Source: Eledone cirrhosa (Eukaryota). Taken from it: a stretch of DNA of 64,000 nucleotides. The translations under genes were made by a program, and so were the position numbers. Each line of letters begins with the position of its first letter. Position 1 is the first letter of the stretch. The notes under the pieces are model-generated. The model was not told the origin of the DNA. It made no database searches and was given only the letters and a program-made list of their open reading frames with translations. The stretch lies in the NCBI GenBank assembly GCA_964016885.1, contig OZ024752.1:5952001-6016000 (forward strand), given 5' to 3'. Shown here one piece after another: positions 27,151-39,892 of this stretch.

Positions 27151-27699
27151 TACGATAGTTTCAACACAGTCTCAGATCAAGTCATTTGACAGACAAGTAC
27201 AACTCCAAATTTTAGTTATCATCATCATCATCACCTTTTAATGTCCAGTTTATATATAGTTATATTTATTGCAGTGTTAAAATATTTTAAATATTTTTTT
27301 ATTTTACCAACTTTAAATGTTATGATTTGGTAGAGTTGTTAAAGAATTGGTTCCACTCTGAGTTTAAACCTTTCATTCTTTCGGGGTTGATAAAATAAAA
27401 TATCAGTCAAGGAGCAATAAATTGGCAGAATTGTTAGAGAATCAGATGAGATATCTTGGAGTATTTCTTCTGGCTCTGTAGTCCGCGTTCAAGTCCTACT
27501 GTAGCCTACATAGGTGGTACACTTAATCTGTTACCTGGTTTACCAACATCACATGGCCCTTTGTTGCCTTTAGTGCAGTCCTTTCTATTGCAAACATTTG
27601 GGCCAGGTCTCCAGTTCAAGGATATCTCCCCCCCCCCCCCCCCCTCTCACCAGTATCATAATCCCTGAAAAAGGTCAGGGCATTGCTCTTCTCTCCCTG

Positions 27700-27945
27700 A
27701 CTAAATAATAAAAAAAAAAAAATCGCTGATAGTAAGTATAAAGATCTGTCAATTTAAATTGAGGAAATAAGGCATCTTAAGGCCTGTATAATACCAGTGA
27801 TAGTTGGGGCACTTGGAATGATAAAAAAGGGAACTGAAAAATATTTGGACCAGATACCTGAGTAATTTCTGTATCTCTGCAAGAGATACTCAAAATGGTG
27901 CTGACTGGTACTGTCCAAGTCCTGAGAAGGGCAATATCAATTTAT
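27700..27945 (+). mobile_element. R4/Dong-like LINE 3' fragment (restriction-like endonuclease C-terminus)
   Basis: Translates, with breaks, as KYKDL...IIPVIVGALGMIKKGTEKYLDQIP...KMVLTGTVQVLRRAIS. Confidence 0.65.
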
Positions 27946-28189
27946 ATACCTTACAAATACATTTACTGTTGTTTGTGTCCCTGTGGTATCATGTGTGACA
28001 ATTGATTGTAAAATGTGTGGATTATCAAATATTGCCTCCTCAGGTGCCAGGTTGACACTTAACATGATTGGGAAAGAAGCAGAACTCAAAGGAAGTTTCA
28101 AATCATAATAATAATAATAATGAGTATTTTTAAAAATTGTGTATGTTGGTATGTATATTTGTGTGTGTCTATATTTGTGTGAGTTAGTG

Positions 28190-29545
28190 TCATCATCATC
28201 ATCGTTTAACATCCATTTTCCATTCTAGCATGGGTTAGACGAGTTGTCCTGTTGTGAGACAAGCCAGATCGGATGACCATGTCTTGCTCATACAGAACTG
28301 ATTTGGGCTTGGTTTCTATGGCTGGATGCCCTTCGTAAAGCCAACCACATTTACAGTGTGGACTGGGCATTTTTTATCATGACACCTACACAACCACTTT
28401 ACAGTGTGGACTGGGCACTTTTTGTTGTGACACCTACACGACCACTTTACAGTGCGGGGTGGGGACTTGGGTGGGGTAGGTGCATGAGATTGGAGAGGTA
28501 AATCTAAAGGTCCCTCTTATGCCTAGTTTCTCTCTCAATTCATTTATGCTTTGCCATTCATGTATGTTACAATTACACATCCATCAAAGCATGGAAGCTT
28601 CATTTCTTTCCAATCTTCGCAAGTCCTCGGCACAGAGCACCCACGTTTCACTACCATGCAACATTGTTGTTTCTATACATTCATCATACAATCTGCCCTT
28701 CCAACTTAATGCCTCTATAGTTTTCTCGGTCTTAAGCATCTCATTTACCCTTGTAGCAGTTGATGCTGCTGCTGCTATGCTAGTCATTGAGTATGACACC
28801 ATTTTGTATTACTTGGTTTACAATATGGGGAACTATCGTGTGTCCCACCATTCCAGACGCTTTCAACATCTCAGCAACTATCCCTGAAGAACCAGCTGCC
28901 TTATGTGTCTTCATATCTTTGATTGCCTTACTTACTATACTACTACTACTAACTTGTACAGCTGGTCCCTCTGTTGGGTCAACTTTGGCAAACTATCTAC
29001 ATCCCATCCATTCTCCTCATTTAGTAATCTTTCATCATGGCACTTCCATGCTGCTTTCTTTTCAGCATCACTGAGGGCAAGTACACCATTATTATCACAG
29101 ACACACTTCTCCCCAGCAATATCACAATTCTCCTTTATACATTGTCTCACAATCCTGAACACCTGCCTATGGTCCTCACGTTGCAGGACATGCTTCAATT
29201 TTATATCTTCTGCTCCCCTTCTTGTAAGGTACACTTGTTGCCAAACTTCTCTTCTAGCCACCTTGTTGCCAAATTTCTCTTCTCCCACCCCATTCTGTCA
29301 TTCATTCCATCCCTGTCTTTTGGCCCTAAATGTCTCATCCACCCTACTGTTCCCCCACCAAGTCATTCTCCTCCCTAGAGACCTGCTCCAACCACAGATT
29401 TCATTTGTTGCCTTCAGTAGGTTATCTTTAAGGAAGTCCCACTGCTCCCAGTTAGAGGGATGTGAGGTGAGTGGTCCACCTTGGGTGACACTTTTACAGG
29501 GGCGACACTTCTGGGTCTGCTGTAGGCTACAGGCATTCTTTTAAT
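28190..29545 (-). mobile_element. Internally deleted, degenerate RTE (BovB-like) LINE
   Basis: (cat)n-cgtttaac tail as in the other copies; MLHGSETWVLCAEDLRRLERNE and DIAGEKCV..AWKCHDERLLNEEN fragments. Confidence 0.85.
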
Positions 29546-29586
29546 GTTGCAGCATAATATTATAATTGTACACATATGTTACTGGC

Positions 29587-29811
29587 TGTCAGGTCTTTCA
29601 ACTGTCAGGTCTTTCAACTGTCAGGTCTTTCAACTGTCAGGTCCTTCAACTGTCAGGTCCTTCAACTGTCAGGTCCTTCAACTGTCAGGTCCTTCAACTG
29701 TCAGGTCTTTCAACTGTCAGGTCTTTCAACTGTCAGGTCTTTCAACTGTCAGGTCTTTCAACTGTCAGGTCTTTCAACTGTCAGGTCTTTCAACTGTCAG
29801 GTCCTTCAACT
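29587..29811. repeat. 16-bp minisatellite (ctgtcaggtc(t/c)ttcaa), ~14 copies
   Basis: Read directly. Confidence 0.93.
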
Positions 29812-30892
29812 GGGGGGGTCCTTCAACTTCCATATTCTTCCCTTCCAGGTTGTCCTCTGTCACTGGGTCCTTCTAGCCCTCACTATAAGGTCACTAACAA
29901 CTAGATGTGTGTGTGTTTATGTATATCTCTGGATGTGTTTGTATTGGTGTGTGTCTGTGACATTGTGTGTGTTAGTGTTTATGTGTATGTGTGTGTTTTC
30001 ACATATTTTTGATATTCTAGATGTGGTGTAATCTGAAATTGTTCTTGTTAACAAATAAATGTTTGTTTTATTGTTTTTATTTAACCTATTTCTTCATAAC
30101 AAATAATTTTGTTCCTCTAACTAGTTTGTTTCTTTGTTTTCCTATTAAGCCTGACTAATTTACTAACTTCCTAACACACCATATTTATCATCATCATCAT
30201 CATTTCCATGTAACACCCTGGCTTGTCACATTCTCAGACAGTTTGATGCCCTTCATCAAGTCAACCACCAGTAGTGTTATTATTACTCCTATTAATTGTG
30301 TGTTTATGTCGAACACCTGCTGTCACGTGTAGGACAAATCCAGTTATCAACCAAGTCCATTGTGAAAATTGCCCCCCATCTTCTTTTAGTCAAGAAGGGC
30401 AGGCCGTTTTTATATATCTTGTAGCCATGGTGAAATAGGTTGTATGGTGGACACGCATGAAAGGTTTGAAGAGGAACACTTTCCTCTTTAGAGAAACCCT
30501 GATTAACTTCTTCAGGTTCCACTTGAGGAGGAAAATAAAGGTAGAGAGAGAAGTGCTGCCTTCAAAGTAATTTATTGAAAGGTGGGTGAGAGAAGCGAGC
30601 ATGGCCCGAGTGAATGGGTCCACTCTGAGTCTAAGCCTGTAGATTGTAGGAGTACAACTGGGACAGAGCACTTACCCTAAAGATCAGAGCATCAGTGGTT
30701 TTATGGGGTTTTCTCCATGAGGGACTCTCAAAGGTCTCTTCCCTATTGAGGAACCTTCTTTGTTTTAATTTTTTTAACACTGTTAAAATTTGTTTGCACC
30801 CCTCCCCACACTCCCACACTATGTTTTCATCCTGTACTGTCAATGTTTTTCTTGATGTAAACCTTTTGTGGTCAATAAAGAAATCATTATTA

Positions 30893-31255
30893 TTATTGAT
30901 TGGCAGTATCGGTAGAGGGTCGGACGCCATGCTTTCCAGCATAGTTACGTCCCTTTACGATCTGAGTTCAAATCCCGCCGAGGTTGACTTTGCCTTTCAT
31001 CCTTATGGGGTCGATAAAATAAAGTACCAGTAATGCACTGGGTAATTGCTGGCCTTGTGCCAAATGTAGAAACAATTATTATTATTATTAAAGGCAAAAG
31101 AAACCAGAGTATCTTTACATTCTGGGTTCCAATCCCGCCGAGGTTAGCTTTACCTTTCATCCTTAAGGGGTTGATAAAATAAAGTACCAGTAATCGACTT
31201 TCCCCTCCCCCAAAATTGCTGGCCTTGTGCCTATATAAGAAACCATTATTATTAT
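30893..31255 (+). mobile_element. Two tandem SINE family 1 copies
   Basis: Near-identical cores to 1021-1410. Confidence 0.82.
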
Positions 31256-31282
31256 GTGGGCGATAGATTAGCGAAATCATCA

Positions 31283-31702
31283 GAGTAATATGTTCTGAGG
31301 TAGAATATATTGTTACACCTGAGTAATATGTTCTGAGGTAGAATATATTGTTACACCTGAGTAATATGTTCTGAGGTAGAATATATTGTTACACCTGAGT
31401 AATATGTTCTGAGGTAGAATATATTGTTACACCTGAGTAATATGTTCTGAGGTAGAATATATTGTTACACCAGAGTAATATGTTCTGAGGTAGAATATAT
31501 TGTTACACCTGAGTAATATGTTCTGAGGTAGAATATATTGTTACACCTGAGTAATATGTTCTGAGGTAGAATATATTGTTACACCTGAGTAATATGTTCT
31601 GAGGTAGAATATATTGTTACACCTGAGTAATATGTTCTGAGGTAGAATATATTGTTACACCTGAGTAATATGTTCTGAGGTAGAATATATTGTTACACCT
31701 GA
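31283..31702. repeat. 38-bp minisatellite, 11 near-identical copies
   Basis: Unit gagtaatatgttctgaggtagaatatattgttacacct. Confidence 0.95.
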
Positions 31703-32382
31703 CTTCCATCTCTGCTACTATTCCAAAATATACATCCTGAGATTCCTGTGGTTTAGTTCAGACATTGGACAGGTGACAAGTGGACAGGTGACAGTTGACA
31801 GGTGGACAGTTGACAGGTGACAGGTGGAAGGTACTTTAGGTCAAAAGAAAACGTAAGTAGAATATGGTTGCTACTGGCAACAATAAAGCAACCCAGGTAG
31901 AATGTTGTTGCTAGTGGCAACCTAGGTAGTATGTGGTTGTTAATGACAACATAAGTAGAATATGGTTGCTCGTGGCAAGCGTTGTAGAGTGTGGTTACTA
32001 GAGGCAACATCTGTAGAGTGTGGCTCCTAATGGCAACCTTTGTAGAGTGTGGTTGCTAGCATCAACCTTTGTAGAGTGTGGTTGCTAACAACAACCTTTG
32101 TAGAATGAGGTTTCTAATGGCAGTGATGTGATAAGCTAGGTTGAATATGGTTGTTAGGGGCAACTTGGTAGAATCTGGTTGCTAAGGGAAAAGATATTTA
32201 GTGTGGCTGTAACTAACTCTGAATTAACATTTTAAAATATTTTCTCACAGAAAGAAAAAAAAAAAAACAATTTGAAGATTTTAGTCACCTGCTCTGCTGT
32301 TATTTTATCTGTTGAACCTTTTAAACTAAACTGTTTTATACTTTTAATAGCTTCCAGATATTTCAAACCAAGACATTTTTAA

Positions 32383-32707
32383 CCTGTCTAATGTCTGATG
32401 TAATTTACACCTGTCTGATATGATTTACACCTGCCTGATATGTCTGATATGATTTACACCTGTCTGATATGTCTGATGTAATTTACACCTGTCTCTTATG
32501 TCTGATGTAATTTACACCTGTCTGATATGTCTGATGTAATTTACACCTGTCTCTTATGTCTGATGTGATTTACACCTGTCTGATAGGTCTGATGTAATTT
32601 ACACCTGTCTGATATGTCTGATGTGATTTACACCTGTCTGATATGTCTGATGTGATTTACACCTGTCTGATATGTCTGATGTGATTTACACCTGTCTGAT
32701 ATGTCTG
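32383..32707. repeat. 29-bp minisatellite (gatgtgatttacacctgtctgatatgtct), ~11 copies
   Basis: Read directly. Confidence 0.92.
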
Positions 32708-32815
32708 TGTTTTTCTACCTTTCAAGCCACAGTCCCCACACCAGACTGTATATATATCTTTCAATCTTTCTTTATCCTTCCCATGGCCATCCATGAATTT
32801 TGTCCATTTTTCCAG

Positions 32816-33031
32816 CACCGAATCCCCATCAAGCTCCTGTAAGTCATCAGAATCTTCCTTACACTGTCAAACTGTAGACTTTTCTGACTCTGAACAGTAT
32901 GATAAACCTGCAAGTTTCAGTGAGGGGGAATCCCCGGAAGATGTTGAACCTTCTTCTAATTCTTCAAAACAGCCTGTGACAAATGTACCAGATACACAGG
33001 AACGTAGTTTTGGAGAAGACAGACATCATTT
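32816..33031 (+). CDS. SBF2: Candidate 216-nt symmetric (phase 2-2) cassette exon, Ser/acidic-rich: TESPSSSCKSSESSLHCQTVDFSDSEQYDKPASFSEGESPEDVEPSSNSSKQPVTNVPDTQERSFGEDRHH
   Basis: tccatttttccag|C acceptor, TT|gtgagc donor; open and in frame with exons H and I; coding-like composition; no homology evidence available. Confidence 0.6.
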
Positions 33032-33239
33032 GTGAGCTCCATATAGAATTTTTTTTTATTTTTTTTTTTTTGCTTTCATTTCAATTTCTAGAATCAGTTT
33101 TGTTTCTGTTTGAGATACCAAAGTTTACCAAAATCTTGAAATGGTTCTTCTCACCCATTGTAATTCTAATTCTAATTCTTAATCTCAATGGTCATCTGTT
33201 TGCAACAGAAAGTAAAATAGAATTATCATTATTATTATT

Positions 33240-33388
33240 ATTTATGGTCTGAGTTCAAATCCCGCCGAGGTTAACTTTGCCTTTCATCCTTCCGGGGTCG
33301 ATAAGATAAAGTACCAGTCATGCACTGGGGTCGATTTAATTGACTTTCCCCTCCCCCAAAATTGCTGGCCTTGTGCCTATATAAAAAC

Positions 33389-33420
<32 letters not shown>
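33240..33420 (+). mobile_element. SINE family 1 with (ATT)n tail
   Basis: Complete core and tail. Confidence 0.85.
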
Positions 33421-33422
<2 letters not shown>

Positions 33423-33710
33423 AACAACCGTATTGTGATGAATCTGGTCAGTATGAGGACACCAGGCCATTATCCCAGTATCTTATATATTCTGGTCCGA
33501 TAGTCTGACATTTTGAAGAACTATCAGTTCTTCCAGTCCTTTCTGTGTTGGCTTCGTCTCAGACCATCACTTGAAACCATCATGGAAGAAACATTTTTAC
33601 AATTCAAAACTGTTAAATACACTTTACATTCATTATTTATTTCTTGGTGTCAATATTTTTGTTGGTTCTGTTTGTGACCTGGTCACAGACACAATTGTAG
33701 TGGAACTTTT

Positions 33711-36022
33711 AGTGACCAGGTCACAAACAGTGTGATGAAAATTCTGTGTCAGTGACCAGGTCACAAACAGTGTGAGAAAACTGTCAGTGACCAGGTGACA
33801 AACAGTGTGATGAAACTGTCAGTGACCAGGTGACAAACAGTGTGACGAAACTGTCAGTGACCAGGTGACAAACAGTGTGATGAAACTGTCAGTGACCAGG
33901 TGACAAACAGTGAGATGAAACTGTCAGTGACCAGGTGACAAACAGTGAGATGAAACTGTCAGTGACCAGGTGACAAACAGTGAGATGAAACTGTCAGTGA
34001 CCAGGTGACAAACAGTGTGACGAAACTGTCAGTGACCAGGTGACAAACAGTGTGATGAAACTGTCAGTGACCAGGTGACAAACAGTGAGATGAAACTGTC
34101 AGTGACCAGGTGACAAACAGTGAGATGAAACTGTCAGTGACCAGGTGACAAACAGTGAGATGAAACTGTCAGTGACCAGGTGACAAACAGTGAGATGAAA
34201 CTGTCAGTGACCAGGTGACAAACAGTGTGATGAAACTGTCAGTGACCAGGTGACAAACAGTGTGACGAAACTGTCAGTGACCAGGTGACAAACAGTGTGA
34301 TGAAACTGTCAGTGACCAGGTGACAAACAGTGTGACGAAACTGTCAGTGACCAGGTGACAAACAGTGTGATGAAACTGTCAGTGACCAGGTGACAAACAG
34401 TGAGATGAAACTGTCAGTGACCAGGTGACAAACAGTGTGATGAAACTGTCAGTGACCAGGTGACAAACAGTGTGATGAAACTGTCAGTGACCAGGTGACA
34501 AACAGTGAGATGAAACTGTCAGTGACCAGGTGACAAACAGTGTGATGAAACTGTCAGTGACCAGGTGACAAACAGTGTGATGAAACTGTCAGTGACCAGG
34601 TGACAAACAGTGAGATGAAACTGTCAGTGACCAGGTGACAAACAGTGTGATGAAACTGTCAGTGACCAGGTGACAAACAGTGAGATGAAACTGTCAGTGA
34701 CCAGGTGACAAACAGTGTGATGAAACTGTCAGTGACCAGGTGACAAACAGTGAGATGAAACTGTCAGTGACCAGGTGACAAACAGTGTGATGAAACTGTC
34801 AGTGACCAGGTGACAAACAGTGAGATGAAACTGTCAGTGACCAGGTGACAAACAGTGTGATGAAACTGTCAGTGACCAGGTGACAAACAGTGTGATGAAA
34901 CTGTCAGTGACCAGGTGACAAACAGTGTGATGAAACTGTCAGTGACCAGGTGACAAACAGTGTGATGAAACTGTCAGTGATCAGGTGACAAACAGTGAGA
35001 TGAAACTGTCAGTGACCAGGTGACAAACAGTGTGATGAAACTGTCAGTGACCAGGTGACAAACAGTGTGACGAAACTGTCAGTGACCAGGTGACAAACAG
35101 TGTGATGAAACTGTCAGTGACCAGGTGACAAACAGTGAGATGAAACTGTCAGTGACCAGGTGACAAACAGTGAGATGAAACTGTCAGTGACCAGGTGACA
35201 AACAGTGAGATGAAACTGTCAGTGACCAGGTGACAAACAGTGTGACGAAACTGTCAGTGACCAGGTGACAAACAGTGTGATGAAACTGTCAGTGACCAGG
35301 TGACAAACAGTGAGATGAAACTGTCAGTGACCAGGTGACAAACAGTGAGATGAAACTGTCAGTGACCAGGTGACAAACAGTGTGACGAAACTGTCAGTGA
35401 CCAGGTGACAAACAGTGAGATGAAACTGTCAGTGACCAGGTGACAAACAGTGAGATGAAACTGTCAGTGACCAGGTGACAAACAGTGAGATGAAACTGTC
35501 AGTGACCAGGTGACAAACAGTGAGATGAAACTGTCAGTGACCAGGTGACAAACAGTGAGATGAAACTGTCAGTGACCAGGTGACAAACAGTGAGATGAAA
35601 CTGTCAGTGACCAGGTGACAAACAGTGAGATGAAACTGTCAGTGACCAGGTGACAAACAGTGAGATGAAACTGTCAGTGACCAGGTGACAAACAGTGAGA
35701 TGAAACTGTCAGTGACCAGGTGACAAACAGTGTGATGAAACTGTCAGTGACCAGGTGACAAACAGTGTGATGAAACTGTCAGTGACCAGGTGACAAACAG
35801 TGTGACGAAACTGTCAGTGACCAGGTGACAAACAGTGAGATGAAACTGTCAGTGACCAGGTGACAAACAGTGAGATGAAACTGTCAGTGACCAGGTGACA
35901 AACAGTGAGATGAAACTGTCAGTGACCAGGTGACAAACAGTGAGATGAAACTGTCAGTGACCAGGTGACAAACAGTGAGATGAAACTGTCAGTGACCAGG
36001 TGACAAACAGTGAGATGAAAAT
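33711..36022. repeat. 35-bp minisatellite (ctgtcagtgaccaggtgacaaacagtg(t/a)gatgaaa), ~65 copies, inside a MITE spanning ~33580-36150
   Basis: Read directly; flanks match the 26.9-kb element. Confidence 0.94.
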
Positions 36023-36451
36023 TGTGTCATCAAGAAATAAATGTAAAATAAATCTAAGAGTATATTTTTGTGTTTTTGAATGGTTAAAATTTACTCTTCC
36101 GTGATATAATACATATAAATTGTTTGTTTTATCTGTGGAACTTGCTATGAATTATTTAAATTATTTATTTGTTCTTGAAGATGTCTTCTTGTAGATCTAT
36201 ATTCCTTTATTGATTCTAATCTGCTTTTTACACCACTGAACGTTTAATCTGAATCAATGTTGGTGTTTTATCTTGATTTAGTTAGTAGTGCTTACTATTC
36301 TTGCTTAATTAAAACATTGCTCAGCTGGTTCTAGATAGGAAAAGTAACCATATACGTACACACACACACTCCCACTCACTCACACACTCGCACTCACACA
36401 CACACTTCCACACACACACACTCACACACACTCCCACTCACTCACACACAC

Positions 36452-37992
36452 TTAACCTTTTCGCTATCATATTTCTAATGAAAGACAGTATCTATGATTT
36501 TCAATTAATTTTGAAAATTATCAAAAGATTTTGGAGTGATTTAGTAATATAACTATGTGTATTTGGTTAACACAGACCTGTCTTGAGGGTGTACTCACTA
36601 CTGAGGGTGCTGCTGTGTCTTGGTATTTGATCATCTTGTCTGCACAGGACCATCAAAAGGTTGTACCTCGCAGGATGACTTCTAGTCCAAACACAAACCA
36701 TATGACTGATATTGTGCACCCAGATAGGAGTTTCCCCTTCTTCCAGAGGAATCTAGAAGAGGTCCGTGACAAACTCAATCAGTTTGTGACTGACCCAAAA
36801 GCCAGATCAAGTCACCCAACAGCCAGGTCACTTTTATTTCTGTTGGCTGTCTGTAAAGTATCTCAGATCATGTTGACATGTTCTATGTACCTTGATGCAC
36901 CTGAGATGCCAGCTTTCTGTACTGTGTCATCGATGTAGTTATTAACCAACAGAAATGTCAGCACTTGTCCAACAAATAATCCCAAGGAATATTTTCCCAT
37001 CTACATCCAGTATGGACTTTGGTCTAAACTGGTCAAGTGTTGCTGAGTTCTCCCTGGGAAGGTAGATGACTTCCACTCTTGTTCAGTGATCCACAATCTG
37101 CTTCTCATTCCAAGCTCTTCTTAGAATAAGAAACATCCTGTTGGTCAGTGTGGGTCACTTCTTGTAGACTTTATATGGTACTCCATCCTGGCCTGGAACA
37201 CTCTTAGATCAAACTTTTCTCAAGTCCCAGATTCCTTTTATTTGAAGGTTGTCAAAGTCCAATATTGCTCCAGGTGCAGTTTTGATATCCCCTACATTGG
37301 AGGTGTAGGGATATCTTGTAGATTATCACACATTGCACAAGTGTGACTCCAGTTCTTCCTTGCTGCATGTCGGGTCTCTATTTCTACTCTCCTGGAAAAG
37401 TCTGTTAGAATATTTATATGGATCTTTGATGAACCTCCTTTGGCACTGCTGCCTGAGCCATCTTCTTTCTTCTATCAATTCAAGGCAGCAAGCAGAGGCA
37501 CTTCTTAGCATCCTTCTACAGCATTTTCAAAGATCTTTTTTTATACTTCCCTTGCCCCAATCCTTTTGCTTACTATTAAGCTGGTGTTTGAACATAACAA
37601 AGGTTCTTACATGAAATTGTAATTGAAAGTTTTTAGATAAATATAAACACTTAACACTTATAATTATGTTGGAAGGTTTGAATTTAAATAGGGACATGTT
37701 AATATGCCTGGTTTAGTTTCATTGAACCAGAAGTGGTTTGGGGTGTGTTTATATCAAAAGTATATATTAAAGAAATGACCTAGTGAATTAAAATATCTAG
37801 CTAAAAATTTACAGATTGTTTCAGTGTTATTTGGCAACATTTTGAAGATGTCCATAGACGTGGTCATCAAAGCAACATCTAGTTTCACCCAAATATATCA
37901 TTTGGGTGAGAAATACTAAGAAATTCTTGTGTTATATTAGTATAGGAAGCTAGAATTTTAATAAGGGTGGTAGTAGTAGTAGTAATAGAATG

Positions 37993-38031
<39 letters not shown>

Positions 38032-38476
38032 ATAGTAGTAGAGTGGTGTTAGTTGTGGTATCTACACAATAACCATTTTAAGATCATTTTCTTTGCTAAA
38101 ATACAGGTTAAACTAGGTGGGTCACATGATAGGCTTCACACCCAACACGGGTTTCATTTTGAGGCAATGTTTTATACCTGAATACCCTTCCTGGTGGCAA
38201 CCCTTTTGTTATTCCCCTCTTACAGCATGTGTTGATATGATGTACTTGTGTTTCTATATCTTAACCATTTTCACACTGTTTGTTTTAAAGTGTTTTTATT
38301 TATCTAAAAAAAAAAACCTTTCATCATAATTTTATGTAAGAACCTTTGTTCCAAACATTGGCTTAATAATGAGAAAATTAGTTATATTACTAAATATTTT
38401 CACAATATTATTTTCGAAATTATTTGAAAATTATAGACAATGTCTTTCATTAGAAATATGGTAACAAAAGGGTTAA
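36452..38476. mobile_element. TTAA-flanked (piggyBac-like) MITE with long TIRs and nested insertions
   Basis: Left end ttaaccttttcgctatcatatttctaatgaaagaca; right end tgtctttcattagaaatatggtaacaaaagggttaa. Confidence 0.7.
36600..37570 (-). mobile_element. Degenerate Hero/R2-superfamily non-LTR RT fragment
   Basis: Minus strand gives RFIKDPYKY...KEELESHL, KSVPGQDGVPYKVYKK, LDQFRP..ILDVDGKIF and QKAGISG, with stops; the clade assignment is inferred. Confidence 0.65.
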
Positions 38477-38606
38477 TGGAAGACAAAATAAGATACAAAA
38501 TGATGAAAGTTTTTCTCTAAGAATTCTTGCCTTGAAAGTTGAATATCTTATAATGATAAACTTATTTCAAAGGAATGGTTCATTGGAATGGTTTTACCAT
38601 TTAAAC

Positions 38607-38909
38607 CAGTGGTTCCCAACTTTTTCATTACTAAGGACTTCCTTTTATTTAAATGGATTTTCCCATGGACCTCACAAAAATGCAGGATCATTCATTTAAG
38701 ACCAACAGTTTAAGAAATATACCCCTGCAAAAATTTTAGGATATTCCTGCAGATTTAGAAATTGAGAGTTTGAAAGTTTATTTTAATGAACCTTAAGTAA
38801 ATATATATTTTATACTGCAGTCTTTTAAATATTGAACTCAGTTCATGGAAATCAATGAGGATCTTTGTCTACTCTCAGGAATTCATGGACCCTAACTTGG
38901 GAACTGCTT
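38607..38909. mobile_element. hAT-type MITE
   Basis: cagtggttcccaac ... ttgggaactgct termini; TSD-like atttaaac / gtttaaac. Confidence 0.65.
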
Positions 38910-39726
38910 GTTTAAACTGTCAATCGATAATCAGCTGTAACTTGTCTCTCTCTCGCTGTTTGTCTGTCTGTCTCTCTCTCTCTCTCATAATCAAAATAAA
39001 ATGTTAAAATCTGTAATTTTACCAACAGTCACTGTATTTTCTGAAAGTTTGTTGACTTACTTCTGTTGACCTCTGATGACCCCCTGTTGACCCCTGCAGT
39101 AATGCCCAGTATAAACATTACTGCTTATTGTGTAGGAGTATGGCATTTGCAGGTTAGAACAAAATCCCCTCCTGGGCAAAATCCCCAATCCTACTGGACA
39201 AAGGTCCCACTCCTACTGGACAAAGACCTCACAAGAGGGATTTGGCCTGATGAGATTTTTACCCTGGGTTTTTTATCTGGTGGGATTTTTGTCCTGTAGG
39301 TTTTTGCCCTTGACCCGTTGTTTACAGTGTTGTCAGCATGGAATGAAAATTGACTCAACGGGTCTGTGAGCAAGTGAATGATAGCCCTGACTTTATGAAT
39401 TTCAGCTTTCTGTGTCTTTCAAATATATTAACTTTCTAAACCTGTTATATTTCAGCTTTTTGCCTTGTATTTAATGGCTCTTGCTTTGTCACTATCAAAT
39501 ATCTGTTCCACTCACCACATTACAGTAGTCTGCTGCTTATTCTGTTTTGATGGCATTTCTTTCAGTATTCACAGCTTTGCCATCATTTCCTGACTAACTT
39601 CCACTAATTTTCCAATATTTTTCAAGGGAAAATCAAATAAAGCTAAAGTTGAATAAATTTCATTGAAATTATTTTTGTTTCTCTTGAGTGTTGATGTAAC
39701 TGTTGCTGTCTGTTGGTTATTTACAG

Positions 39727-39892
39727 GTTATTAAATGTGCGGCCGCATCAGCCTAGAATAGTGCCAATGGGCCCACCAATATCTTCAGTGGTGGATAAAC
39801 AGAGAGTGGTTGACAATAATGCTCGGAGACTGGAGGTCTTAAGAAACTGCATCAATTTTATATTTGAAAATAAGATCTCAGATGCAAGAAAG
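39727..39892 (+). CDS. SBF2: Sbf exon I: [55 protein letters not shown]
   Basis: tttacag acceptor (phase 2), AAG|gtaact donor; ARRLEVxRNCI motif. Confidence 0.93.

Noticed and set aside
30300-30880. Minus-strand ORF fragments, possibly a degenerate LINE 3' end
   Set aside because: No motif I can identify reliably; left unannotated.
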